A program made the translations under genes and the position numbers. A DNA stretch of 64,000 nt from the human T2T-CHM13v2.0 reference genome, Homo sapiens: NCBI RefSeq assembly GCF_009914755.1, contig NC_060934.1; one strand, 5' to 3'. This document shows, piece by piece, positions 31,296 through 45,682 of this stretch; positions within the stretch are counted from its first letter, which is position 1, and the number at the start of each line of letters is the position of its first letter. The notes below the pieces were generated by a model. The model made no database searches, had not been told where the DNA came from, and worked only from the letters and a program-made list of their open reading frames with translations.

Positions 31296-32830
31296 TAACA
31301 AAATTAACCATTCTAAAGTGGCATTTTTAGTACATTCACAGTGCTGTACAACTACCACCCATATTAAATTCTAAAATATTTTCATTACCCCCAAAAAAGT
31401 CTCCATGTTTCTTAAGCAGTTGTGCATCTTTGCCCTGGCATGATACCAGTCTGCTTTCTGTGTCTATAGATTTGCCTTTATGTTTCCATTTATATGAAAT
31501 ACGGCGTGATGTTTTCAAGATTTCTCCATGTTTACCGTGTATCAATAGTTCATTCCTTTTTATGACTGAATAATATTCTATATACCATATTTCGTTCATC
31601 CATTCATCCATCGATGGACATTTGGGTTATTTCTACCTTTCAGCTATTATGGATCGTGCTATGAAAATTCAAGCACAAATATTTGTTTGAATATATATTT
31701 TCAGTCCTTTAGGATATACCTGTGACTGGAAGTGCTGAGTCATATGGTGATTCTATAGTTAACTTTCTGAGGAACCATCAAACTGCACAGTGACTGCACT
31801 ATTTTACATTCCCACTAGCAGTGTATGCGGGTTCCAGTTTCTTCACATCCTTGTCAGTACTTGTTATCTGACTTTTTAAATTCTAGCCATCCTAATGGGT
31901 ACGAAGTGGTGTTTCTTGTGATTTTACTTTGCATCTCCCTAACGACTAATAATGTTGGGCATTTTTCATGTGCTTGTGGCCATTTGTGTATCTTCTTTGG
32001 AGAAATGTGTATTCAAGCCCTTTGCTCATTTTTAAATTGGGTTGTTTGTCTTTTTGTTGTTGTTTTAGCATTTCTTTATGTATTTCATACATGAAACCTT
32101 TATCAGGTATATAATTTGTAAATATTTTCTCCCATTCTGTAGGTTGTCTGTTCACTTTGCTGATGATTTCCTTTAATGCACAAAAACTATAATTTTAATG
32201 AAATACAATTGTTTATTTCATCACTTGTGCTTTTGGTATCATGTATAAGAATCCATTGTCAAACCCATGGTCATGAAGATTTAGTCTTATGGGCTCTTCT
32301 AAGAGTTTTATAGTTTAAGTCTCACATGTAGGTCTTTGATCTATTTTGAGTTAATTTTTTGTCTGGTATGAGGTAAGGTTCCAACTTCATTCTTTTGTAT
32401 GTGGCAATTTAGTTGTGCCAGCACCATTTGTTAGAGACTACTCTTAACCCATTGAATGGTCTTGGCACCCCTGTCAAAAAACAGTTGGTCATAGATACAT
32501 GGTTTCATTTTTGGACTCTCAGTTCTGTTTCACATAGCTCCTATGTGCCTGACCATGTATTATACTAGTACCACATTATTTTGATCACTTTTAGCTTCGT
32601 AGTAACTTGAAATGGAGAAGTATCAATTCTCCAGCTTTATTCTTTTACAATATTGTTTTAGCTTTTCAGAGCCCTTTGTGATGCCATATGAATTTGAGTA
32701 TCATTCTATTTCTGCAGAAAGGGCAATTAGAATTCTAATTAGTATTTCATTGCATCTGTAGATTGCTTAGGTAGTTTTGCCATCGTAACAATATTTAGTC
32801 TTCCAATTCACAAACATAGGATGTCTTACC

Positions 32831-33215
32831 ATTTCCTTCCTTCTCTTCTTTTTTCTTTTCTTTCTTTTCTCTCCTTCCCTCCCTTCCCCCCTCCCTTCCC
32901 CTTCCTTCCTTTCTCCACCCTCTCCTCTCTTCCCCTCCCCTCCCCTCCCCTCCCATTTGTCTTGTCTTGTCTTCTCCATTCTCAGCTCACTGCAACCTCT
33001 ACCTCCTGGGTTCAAACAATTCTCCTGCCGCAGCCTCCCAAGTAGCTGGGATTACAGGGGCCTGCCCCCACGCCTGGTTAATATTTTGTATTTTTAGTAG
33101 AGACAGAGTTTCACCATGTTGGTCAGGCTGGTCTCGAACCCCTGACCTCAAGTGATCTGCCCGCCTTGGCCTCCCAGAGTGCTGGGATTACAGGCGTGAA
33201 CCACCCCACCTGGCC
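32831..33215 (-). mobile_element. Alu with expanded polypyrimidine (CT-rich) tail
   Basis: Alu body 32981-33215; pyrimidine tract 32831-32980. Confidence 0.9.
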
Positions 33216-34884
33216 TCTTTCAGCACTTTAGATGTATCATCCATTGCTATTTGTTTTGCCATGGCTTCCAGTGATAAATCAGCTGTTAAGCTCATTGAGG
33301 ATCTTTTATAAGTGACAAATGCACCTCTCTTGCTGCTCTCAAGATGCCTTTTTGTCTTTCGCTTTCAACAGTTTGATTATGTGTCTTAGTGCAGATCTCT
33401 TTATGTTTATCCATCTTAGTATTCATTCAGCAGCTTGGATATGTAGATTCATGTCTTTTTTGATCAGGATGGAAGGAAGCTAAAAAGAAAAAATAGATTC
33501 ATATCTTTTATCAAATTTAGCAAATTTTCAGTCATTATTTTCTTAAATATTTTTTCTGCTCATTTTTCTCTTTCTTCTCCTTTTGGAACTCCCATTATGC
33601 AAAGTTGATATGCTTAATGGTATGCCATGTCTTGTTTTCTCCTCCACTTTAATGTTTTGTCCCAGGCAGCATTGGGCTATTTACTTGCCTTAACCATGTT
33701 TTCAAGGAATGCCTCTGTCTAACCTTGGACCAGGGTCCCACACTGAAAATGTGGCTGCTTTCTTCAAAATCCTTTGCTAGTTAGGGAGGCAGGTAGAGCC
33801 AAAGACTAGTTAAAATGCTGGAAATATTTCCCAATGTTTTTTCCCCACCTTTTTATTGTAGTAAATACATATAAAATGTGCCATTTTAACCATTAAATCT
33901 ACAGTTCTGTGGCATTAAATACATTCATAATGTGCAACCATCACCACCATCCATCTCCAGAATTCTTTTCATCTTGTGAAGATGCAACTCTCCACCCACC
34001 AGACAGTAATTCCCTATTCTCCTCTCCCCGCAACCCCCGACAGACATCATTCTATTTTATGTCTATATGATTTTGGCTACTATAAATACCTCATATAAGC
34101 GGAATCATGCAGTATTTGCCTCCTTGCAACTGGCTTATTTCACTTAGCATAATGTGCTCAAGGTTTATCCATGTTGTAGCATATGTCAGAATTTTCTTCC
34201 TTTTCAAGGCTGAATAATATTCCATTTATGTATATACCATACTTGCTTATCCATTCATCAGTCAGTGGCAATTGGGTTGGTTCCACATTTAGCTCTTTTG
34301 AAAAATGCTGCTATGAACATGGTTGTCCAAATATCTCTTTGAGACCCTACTTTTCAGTTCATTTGGGCTACAGCCAGAAGTGGAATTGCCGGATCACATG
34401 GTCATTCTTTTTAACATTTTGAGAAACTGCCACACTGTTTTCCATAGCAGCTGTACCATTTTACATTCCCACCAGTAGTGCAGAAGGGTTTCAGTTATTC
34501 CTCATTCTTACCAACACTTTTATTTTTTTCATAGTAACCATCCTAAAGGGTGTGAGGTGGTTTCCTGTTTTTAAGTTGCCATTTTCTTGGTTCTGAGTTC
34601 ACTTGATTGCCGTAAACCTTTGAATAATTTCCAGAATTCTGAAAAAGTTTATTCTGACACTTTGATGTTTTATGGTGCTTCTGTGGAGCTATTTTGGCTG
34701 ACATCACTGCCTCTCATCAAATTCTTAGTATCACTGTATTTCACTGATTTATATGGAGCAATGTAAAGTTTGTTTTTGCTCTGAAGTGAAGCAGTATACA
34801 AAATAAACTGCTGTTATTACCAGTCATTCCAAATTGGGAATTGAATATTACCAAGTTACCAAAATTGAGTATTTGCCAGAATTG

Positions 34885-34887
<3 letters not shown>

Positions 34888-34931
<44 letters not shown>
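34888..34931. repeat. (TA)n microsatellite; a shorter one lies at 26172-26199
   Basis: Seen directly. Confidence 0.95.
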
Positions 34932-34935
<4 letters not shown>

Positions 34936-35520
34936 GAAATATTTTATATTTTTGTTCTCTGGGATTTTTACCTGCTTTTTTGCTATATAATTTACATGCC
35001 ATACAATTTATTCATTTAACGTGTACCACTCAGTGTTTATTATATTTGAAGATTGTATGCTCGTTACCACAATCTTAACTTTAGAAAATTCTATTGCCCT
35101 AAAAGAAACTCCACATCCACTCATCTTTATTTCCCATTCTTCTGTGTTCCTTTCACCTCTAGCCCTAAGCAAACACTAATCTACTTTCTGTCTTTGTATA
35201 TTTGTCTATTCTGGACATTTCATGTACATAGAATTATATAATATGTGATATTTTGTGCTTGGCTTATTTTACCTAGCATAATCTTTTCAAGGTTCATTCA
35301 TGTATTTATTGTGTGTCAGTTCTTCTTGTCATTTTATTGACAAATATTTCACTGTATAGATATATTGTTTATCCATTTATCACTTGATTATAATTTGGGT
35401 TGTTACCACTGACTATTACAGGTAATGCTGACATGAACATTTATGTAAAATTTTTTTGTGTGTTGGTATGTTTTGTATTTTAGTTAAATCTAGCTTATTC
35501 TTTGAAAAGTATTGAGAGGA

Positions 35521-35639
35521 TTTTTTTTTTTTTTTTTTCCTGAGAGACAGAATCTTCCTCTGTCACTCAGGCCAGGATGCAGTGGCGTAATCATAGTTCA
35601 CTTGCAGCCTTGAACTCCTGGGTTCAATAGGTTGAAAAG

Positions 35640-35670
<31 letters not shown>

Positions 35671-35956
35671 ACAGGGTCTCTGTCTGTCACCCAGGCATGA
35701 GTGCAGTAGCATGAACATGGCTTACTGCAGCCTTTACCTCCTGGGCTCAGTGATCATCCCACTTCAGCCTCCCAAGTAGCTAAGACTATGGACATGTACC
35801 ACCATGCCTGGCAAATTTTTATTTTTTATTTTTTTGTAGAGACGGGGTCTTGCCATATTGCCCAGGCTGGTCTTGTATTCCTGGCTTCAAGCAATCCAGC
35901 TGCCTTGACCTCCCAAAGTGCTGGGATCACAGGCATGAGCCATCATGCCCAGCCTG
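35521..35956 (-). mobile_element. Truncated Alu followed by a full AluJ-like element
   Basis: Two poly-T heads (35521, 35642), each followed by Alu consensus. Confidence 0.9.
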
Positions 35957-38047
35957 GAATTTTTAAAAATTATTTAATTCAGTGGAATTACATCTTCCTT
36001 CTGAGTCATCTGCGTCAAATAACCTTACTCATGTAATAAAATAAATACAGAGAGAGTTTTCACAGTATAAGACAATTATGTCTTAGGGCTATTGGGGCTT
36101 TTTTTTTAAGTGAACAATCCTGCTACAGGCTTATCCTTAATTATCATTGTAAGTGAATTCCTTGTATATTACATATACAGCTGCTCTAATCATTTGTCTA
36201 ATGCAATCTTTAAATAACATAATAAAAATCTCTTTAAATGGGAGAGTATTTTATCTTCCTGAGCCCCTACTCATACAGTATGTGAAGTAGAGCAGACGAG
36301 TGAAACTTCTAGGTTTGGGTTGTTTGTTTCCTGAGTCCTTAGACCGGGGCAGTAATCCAACATTGTGGAAGTTCATTTGATTTTAGTAAAGCACACCCCT
36401 CCAAATAGAAAGGTTCCAGATTAATGAGGATAGCAGGTGGCTGGACCAGAAAAACAGACCAAATGGTAGAAGATAGAAAACAATGGAAACAACAAGAACC
36501 ACAAAAAACAAACACAAAATTACAAAAGAGCAATATTTATGGTAATATGTTAATCGGATTAGTTCCTTAATTTAAAAAGGTCAGATTTTGGCAGCACACA
36601 AGGCTCAACAACAACTGCGTATTTCCATAACACAAACATTCGTAGCTAACTTCAAAAGGCTGAAGGCAGAGAGGTTGGCAGACATATACCAGGAAAATGC
36701 AAACATCAAAACAAGGGTAACTCTATTTAATGAGATAAAGTTGAATATGGTGGGGTCAGAGAGGAAGTGTTCCTCTCTGAGAATAAAGAGTCTCGCGTTT
36801 TCAAGGTGAAAGATACTATCCAATTAGGATACACAATTATACATGAAGTAGGGTTGCTATACAAAAAGCTTAAACTGTAGAAAATAGAAGAATGGCACAA
36901 GCACAGTTGTATTGGGATATTCTAACTTACTCCCTTAGTATCAGTACATAAAGTGGTAAAAATGAAGTACATCTGTAGAAAATTTCTTAATGTGATAAAG
37001 TGGAGCTAATGAGATCTACTGGGGTCTGTTATCTATTATGAAGAATCTCCCTTTATCTTGGCTTGGGCTCTTTGGGAAACTCTAGAGTGGGGATACGCAT
37101 TTAAGTTTTTTGCAGGTGGTCTTGAGGCCACGATTGGTACTCATCTCTCTGCTCTACTACTTATTCTAGATTCACCTCCACCCTTGGCTAGTACTTCTGC
37201 TAGTCTGAGGTTACTTACTTGGTAAAATAACCTGACCTTTCATCCCTTGGGGGTTCAGGGCAAGTCAGGATTGCTACTGTGAGACCAAAGCTGACGAGGT
37301 CCCACCATCTAGATAGTTGCGGGTCACTTTGTCGGAAAGAGAAAGCCAAGTGATGTGCATGGATGGCTCTTCTTTGCTTGGAAGTGACACACATGACTTC
37401 TGCTTAGAGTGCATTGACAAAGCTAGCCATAGACTTGCTTAATTTGTAAGGAAACTCGGAAATGTGGGGAGAGCAGACTTCAGCATAGTGGTGAGCCCCA
37501 GCCTCTGCCACAGTCTGTTCTTCTGGCTGGCAAACATTCCTTTGCTCCCTTTATTCCACACCTTCTTAAGGGAAATAACCCAAAGTTCTATTCCATCAAG
37601 ACATTTATCAAATCCAGGCATTGTTCCTCTTGGTCCAGAAACATAGGAACTGGAATGACCAAATTATATGGCCAACCCTATAACCACTGCTCCCCTGCCA
37701 AATACCATAGATGGAGTGGTCAGACAGGGCCAGTGTTATCACAGTGAACAATCCCATTTAGAAAACTGAAAAATGCAGTCATTGGTTAGTTGTAATTAAA
37801 TTCTTCTGTACAGACATTGTGAGTGTCCCTTGCCGTGGGTGGGGAATATTCCTAATCAGTCCTCCTGACTGATCTCTGTGGTTCTCTATAGTACCTGGCT
37901 CTACCCTGTGGGAGAGTCATCTTTTTGCTATCCTCATGAATATATCTAAAGTGGATATTGAAGAATGTATTTTCCTTGAGGGCTGCTCACCTTTCTCAGC
38001 CTGCTTCTTACCTATAAAAGATTGGGGCCCAAGGGTCATTTTAAGGC

Positions 38048-38242
38048 CATCCTTCTCAGCCTTGCCACTATTGACATTTTGGAGCAAACAGTTCTTTCTT
38101 TTGATGATGGAATGTTTAGTAGCATTCCTGGCCTCTACCCACTAGATGCCAGTAGCACTCCCCAGTTGTGACAATCAAAAATGTTTTCTGACATTGCCAA
38201 ATATTATTTTGGGGCAAAATTACTGTGAATTGAGAACTCCTG
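38048..38242. mobile_element. MER20 (hAT-Charlie)
   Basis: cactattgacattttgg...cctggcctctacccactagatgccagtagcac...gttgtgacaatcaaaaatgt. Confidence 0.85.
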
Positions 38243-39010
38243 TTTGAAGTGTAGAAGGATCATAGACCTTTGGCGTTAGGTCTGACAGTTAACTAACTCT
38301 TTCAGAAATTTAAGAGATTTCTTATCTTTCTGATTGTAGTTCCTTTCATAGTATCTTTTTTAGCTCATGGGTCCTGTATTCTTGGACTTAATTGAGGCTG
38401 TCTTCAGTCTTCCTGTAAGCTTTCAAGCTTCTGTTGGCAGACTGAGGCAAATTTATCAATTGAAAATTTTACAGGACTTTTTCCCTGAAAGGGTTTCATA
38501 ATTATTATGTGAAAATGATGCATAGAAACCAACCCAAGATATCAGTGGCTTAAGGCAATATTTATTGTTTACTTGGGTCTGCAGGGTTGGCTGTGTGACA
38601 CTGCTCCAAACTGTGGGTCAAGTTCAGGCTTGTCCCATATTCAGGTTTCAGCATCTAAACTGAAGCATACACCAGAGACATCCTTTTCTCATGGTGAAAG
38701 GTAGAAGAGCAAGAGCTATGCTGAGTCAAACACATTCCCCCATATTCCATTGGACAAAATAAGACAAGTGACTGAACCTATCGATAGGGTGAGGACACAG
38801 TCTGGGGTGGGCAGGAATATTTGCAGAACAATCTACCATACTTTCTTCCAGGGGTCTAGTAGCATTTAGCTTTTCCAAAATGGCAAGACCCTGAAATTCT
38901 AGGCTCTGTTTCCTTTTATTTCTGCTTTAAAAGGTGGCTACTTCTTTTAAATGCAACCAGTAGCTACCAACACAAACTACTGAAGTTTTGCTTTCCAGTC
39001 TTTTCTAGAG

Positions 39011-39212
39011 CAGGGTTCAACAAACTTTTTCTGTCAAAGCCATGTAGTAAATATTTTAGGCTTTGTGGATAATAGTCTGCGTCACAGCTACAAGACTCTG
39101 CCATTGTAACACAAAAGCAGCCATAGGTGATCTGTACTTGAATGAGCATGACTGTGTTTCAGTATCAGCACTTTCTTTACAAAGCAGGCAGGCCTTAATT
39201 TGCCAGCCCCTG
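39011..39212. mobile_element. MER58A (hAT-Charlie)
   Basis: cagggttcaacaaact...gccagcccctg termini; 8-bp TSD ttctagag/tgctagag. Confidence 0.85.
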
Positions 39213-41170
39213 TGCTAGAGCTTCAGGTTCATTGTACAAGTGGCTGTGCAGGTGACAGCTTCATGAAATGTTTTGTTACTACGTAACCTAGATCACCTTT
39301 CCAGCCTTCGATGTGAGTTTCCCTGCTGCTCAACTGCTAAGCCAGGATCTTATGTTTTTATAATAATTAACACCCCACCTCTGACACCAGTTTCAGTGTT
39401 AGAATAGACTCAGCTGTACTGAATAACAGATAAACCCTTAATTCTCAGTGGCTTAGCACGACTCAGGCTTATTTCCTTTGCTGAATGTGTGGTGCAGATC
39501 ATGGTGGGTTTGTGGACTGTGCGTTTACATAGATGATCAGCAACCCAGGCTGCCAGAGAATCCTCTGGAAAGTTCCTAATCACCAAAGCAGGGCAGGAGA
39601 TGACAGGAAGTTGTGCACTGGCCCTTCTCTTCTTTACTTCCACTCACATCCCATGAACTAGAACTACCCACGTGCCCTTGCCTAACTGAGGAAGCTAGAA
39701 AAATTGGGGGAAGAAGACAGAATGTTGGGTTAGTTCCACTGCCTGCATAAATTCTAAGTTGCTATTCTTATATATAGTTAGCAGTGTAATTAACAGCTGT
39801 AAGGTACATATTGATATATATGGATGAATTTCAATTAATAGTCTTTGAGGCTTTTTTTGACAATTTTTTTGCTTAACAAAAATATCTGTCTTTAAAAATT
39901 GTTACTTTGCTCTTAATTTTTTCACAATGAAGTGCTTGAAATTGGAATGTTATTTCTAAATTGGAATCTGCTAGTATAAAGAGCCAGTAACCTTCAACCA
40001 TCACACTAAACATTGAAGTAGTATCAAAGCTTGTAATATTTATTCTTAAACATGCAGTGTTTCTTTGCTGAGGTACTGTATTTTAGAAGTATTAGCAACA
40101 TTATATTTACAGAATACCAATAATGAAAATTTTTTTCTTCTGTTTCATTAAGACCTTTGAATTGTTGGTATATTTAATTTCATAAAACCACTAGATTACA
40201 TATCTTCTAAACCCATCCATGATTGCCTGTCGAAATATGTTAAAGACAACATACATGCTTTTCTGTATGTTAACATTACAAAAGTAATACAAAAGTAATA
40301 GTTGTCTTTCAAGCAGGCTATTTTCCTTTTTTGTATTAATCGGTGATATTTAATATGTATACTGCATGTCAGTACAGGTAATACAGTGCATTTGTGTTGT
40401 GGATTTATGCTTTCTTCGTTTTTTGGTCCTTTGGCTTATAATAGTATTCATCAAAGCTAACAGGCAAAGTATGTTAAACATGAAGCCATGAGTGTTTATG
40501 CTGCTGCCTGACTTTTGATGGGCACAGCACAGAATATGTTAAAGTAGGGGCCAGGTGAAAAATTCTGAATTATTCAGTAGTATCTATAGCAAGTAATTTT
40601 ATAGATTAGTGGCACCAAGGCAATGGTGTCCTACTTCTACAAACAGACAGAAATTTTATAGCAAATTTGTGTGACTTCAGGTGGGAAATCAGGGATGGAA
40701 AAATGGATAATGACTCTTCTAGTCCTTTGGAACTGGGTATCTGCCAGTCTAAAAGATCAAATAACATTTGTTAGGATTGACAAGATGGCTCGTTGTTGAC
40801 TTAAAACATCTGTATAAAGCTTATTGTGACTTTAAAATGAGATTTTAAAAATATTGGTAATATGTTATGCAAATGAATATAAATGCTAACTTATGACTTT
40901 CTTTTACTATAGTAGTTTTTTTATGTGAGCTTTGCGATGTCTTTTCAAATCCCTTTTACTCTAACCAAAAATGTCTAGCTAATCATAATTTCTAGCAATT
41001 AAAACATTACTAACTTCTCTAATAACTGTATGTATTCATAAATTTTAAATCCCATAAAACTGACTTCTCAGGTTTGCCTTTTAACGATGAATCAGTGCAG
41101 TAATATTACAGTGAGAAAAACGAACAATTAACATGAATGTTTTGCAAGGGATAGTATAACTTTATTGTGA

Positions 41171-41425
<255 letters not shown>

Positions 41426-42595
41426 TGATTTAGCTTTTTTCTTTATTCAGTAGATTTTTAATGTAAATACTTAAGCAGAAGTACGTTGAGTTAAATGTGT
41501 ATCATTGTTTGAAATGTGTATCAAAAGTTTGCAGGTAACTATAAATTTTTTCATCAATGTTTGGAAAAACTTGGGGCCCTTATTTGTTTAAATACGGATA
41601 CATAACATCAGTACTACCATTGGATGAAGAATTTGTTGCCGTGGCCCTGAGACAGAATTTATGCTCTTTGCTTGCCTATAACTTGAAAATGAACATTTCT
41701 AACATGGTCTCAGGGATGTATAGTGTACTGACAGTTTATTATTAGTGTACATCAGTGATATTTGCCTATATTTCCAACCCCATGAAACTAAAGCTCATAG
41801 CAGTAGCACTCATTGTAAATTTTAAGAGATACATTAAGGCCTCTGCAAAGCTGATGGATAATTAAGGTGACCTCTTGAAGGAAGCAGTAAAGTTTCATTA
41901 AAACGTTGTATCCAGCCTTAAGGAAATGACTTTTAGTATTTTGTATGGGTATATCCAGTTGTATCAATCAACCTAAGAATCAGTGTTGAACAAAATTATC
42001 TGGCATGTAGATCATGAATTTAAACATTTTGTATGCATATACCTACTTATATTTAATTTAGGAAGAAATTTTGTTGAGTCTTAGAAATTTAGGAGATGAA
42101 TAAATCTGCTAAGAAGCATGGGATTTTATGGAAATAAACCATCGTTTTAAAAAATGTGGTGACTTCATCCAAAATACTACCAAGAATAAAACCTAGACAT
42201 TTTTTCTGGCAAGGAATCTGGAATAGCAGTTCATTTTGAATCAGGAAATTGTAATAAGTCAACTTTTAAGATTCTTTTTTTATAAAAGATACAATTAAGC
42301 TGAGCTTGATTTTCTGAGCTGATTAAAAACAAATACTTTAAACATTTGCTATTAATTTTTTATTCTTAAGTAAATATGCTGTTCTTTTTACTTACACTCT
42401 ACCTGAAATTTGAAGTTTTTTATTTTTTGGGAATTGATAACTTCACGTGACCCACCAGCATGAAGATTGCTTTTGCATTTGCTGTAATTGATTGTCATAG
42501 ATATGGTGTTATGTGTCAGTGTCCTATAAATATGATCTTAGGATAGCTCCCTGCCAGAAATTAGCACTAAGAAAAACTGTCATATATAGAATTGA

Positions 42596-42932
<337 letters not shown>

Positions 42933-43069
42933 TTATGTAGATCACCTTCTTGCCTTCCCACTCCCACCCTAGGAAACGGAGTCAAATGTAATGCTTAATG
43001 ATTATAACTACATTAGCCAGCAAGGTTAAACATAAGTACTTCCTCCTTTTAATGACACCTCACACTCAT

Positions 43070-43079
43070 TTTATTTATC

Positions 43080-43110
<31 letters not shown>

Positions 43111-43398
43111 TTTTTGAGATGGAGTCTCACTCTGTTGCCCAGGCTGGAGTACAGTCATGCCATCTTGGCTCACTGCAGCCTCCACCTCCTGGCTTCAAGC
43201 CATTCTCCTGCTTCAGCCTACGAGTAGCTGGGACTATAGGCATGTGCCACCATGCCTGGCTAATTTTTGTATTTTTAGTAGAGACAGGGTCTCATTATGT
43301 TGGCCAGGCTGGTCTTGAACTCCTGACCTTAGGTGATCCACCTGCCTCAGCCTCCCAAAGTGCTGGGATTACAGGAGTTTGAGCCACAACGCCTGGCC
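43070..43398 (-). mobile_element. Alu with (TTTA)n tail
   Basis: Antisense consensus. Confidence 0.95.
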
Positions 43399-45109
43399 TC
43401 CCACCCATTTTAACAACTTTGCTTTATGTACCTTTTATTGCAGGCTACTCAGAGCATTTTGGAAAGCAGTGTAATCAATATATTTTTAACTGCTTAATAG
43501 ACTAAGCAGTTAGTTTACAGCTAGAGTTGTGCATGAATCAGACTTATGTTCCTAGTCTTCACTGGCCCAGATAATATCTTCTCTCATGCTTGCAGCTTTC
43601 AAAATACTTTTGTTTAAAAATGAGCTTTTCTGAAAGTTACCAAATAAGTTGTAAGCTGGATATTTAAAGTTTAACATTCTCTATAAAATCTGTAGAGAAG
43701 ATTTATTCTAATAGATTTTTGTCAAAAACGGAAACCTTAGAAAAAATTTTTCTCTGAGGCACTAATTTATAAATATTAAATTTTTTTTCTAAAATCTTAT
43801 CCTTGAAAGCTGAACCATGACATAAATATGAAAATATTCATTCATTTTAATATGACATTTTAGGGAAACTTTAGTTCCACAGTATTTCCAAAAGTAATTT
43901 CCAGTTTAGCTCTTAAGACTCTTCAGTGAACTGGCAGCCTTTTAATAAGAATGTACTGTATTAGAAAGTACAGGCTTTAATTTTCTAAGTCCTTTAACAT
44001 GAGTAAAGGGCACGTGTCTTTCTGACATCTATTTGTGCCGTTTTCCACTTGTCATTTTAAAGAATTGGGACCTTCAGATGTCACAACTAAATGCAAGTTT
44101 CTAAGGCTTTTCCTTCTAAATTGCTCATTCTTCCCTCTTTTCCTGTTACACTGCAAGCACTTACTCTCTCCTTTTTGTGTGATGTTCAAACCCAAAGGCA
44201 TAAAATGCCACGATGTGTTGTCAGTTTCCCTTAGTAAGTGGAGATTCCAAATTGTCTGTTTCTGTGTCTAGCAGATTCTTGTCAACATTGATTGGGATTC
44301 CCATTTACAGTTGGCAAGGGTCATCAGTAAGTCTTCCAGGAGACTCTTCATACTCAATTCGTGGGAACTGACTTACTGTATCTAGCCAAAACTAACTTCT
44401 TAAGCCAAAAGCAGTTTGGTTTTATGGGTTTAAAAAACTTTAGGTAGGAAACATGAAATACATTTCTCTTACTAAGTTTTCCTTGATTAGTTGTTCATTC
44501 TCTGTGCACTTGTTCCTTTTGGGATAGTAGGGTAAATGTAGCATGATGTTGCCAAGAAAACAAATGGACTTTTAATTCAGAACAAGCATAGCACTTCTCA
44601 GTTAAATGTATTTGGGAAATCCAGTTTAAAAATTCCAAAGAGCTTTAGATTAACTTTTTTATCATAATTATTCATAGAGATTATTTCTGTTAGATATTTT
44701 AATATGCTGAATTATTTTCTCATGCTTTTTTCTTAGAGAGTATAATGCACAGTTGAACTTCTAAATAGTATAGTATAACAATTTTATTTTTATAATTTTA
44801 CTACCTCATGTACATTTTTATTTACAAAGTTTGTGTTTGGTTCTATTTCATATTTTATAAACAAGTTCTCAGGGACAAACATGCAGGGTTTTTCTATTTA
44901 TGCAATTTCTGTGCATAGCTCTCACTTTGAAATTAGATATGTAGTTAAAATGCCACACTTTACATTTTCTTTTGTGAACCAGACTTTCAAAAAATAATTT
45001 GTGTTTTAAATTATTCCGTTAGCTAAAGTTACAATCACTTTTTTTCTTTTCGTGACGTTTTGCAGTTTTTATATAATGCAGTCATATTATGCTTCTTTGA
45101 TTTTAATGA

Positions 45110-45256
<147 letters not shown>

Positions 45257-45556
45257 TAGGCGATGAACTTCTTTATGTTCTCTAATGAAAATGAATATGC
45301 TACATTTACACAGATGGGTTTTTAAACAGGCATAAAGTTTGTGGCTATTATAGTTCAAAAATTGTTGAGATAAGAAGCTGAAATATTTGTAGGCTGCATC
45401 TGGCAGTAGGACATACAGTCTCTGCTGGTAGTCAGAGCACATTCACTGTCACTCATTTTTATTTTATACTGCTTTTTATAATTTTAAAGTATACATGGTG
45501 TGTGTGATTTTATTTCTTTCTTTTTTTTTTTATTTTAACCAAAATCTTTATGTTAA

Positions 45557-45682
<126 letters not shown>

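Noticed and set aside
31946-32155. ORF with L1 ORF2 C-terminal similarity
   Set aside because: Short remnant of a dead L1, not a functional gene
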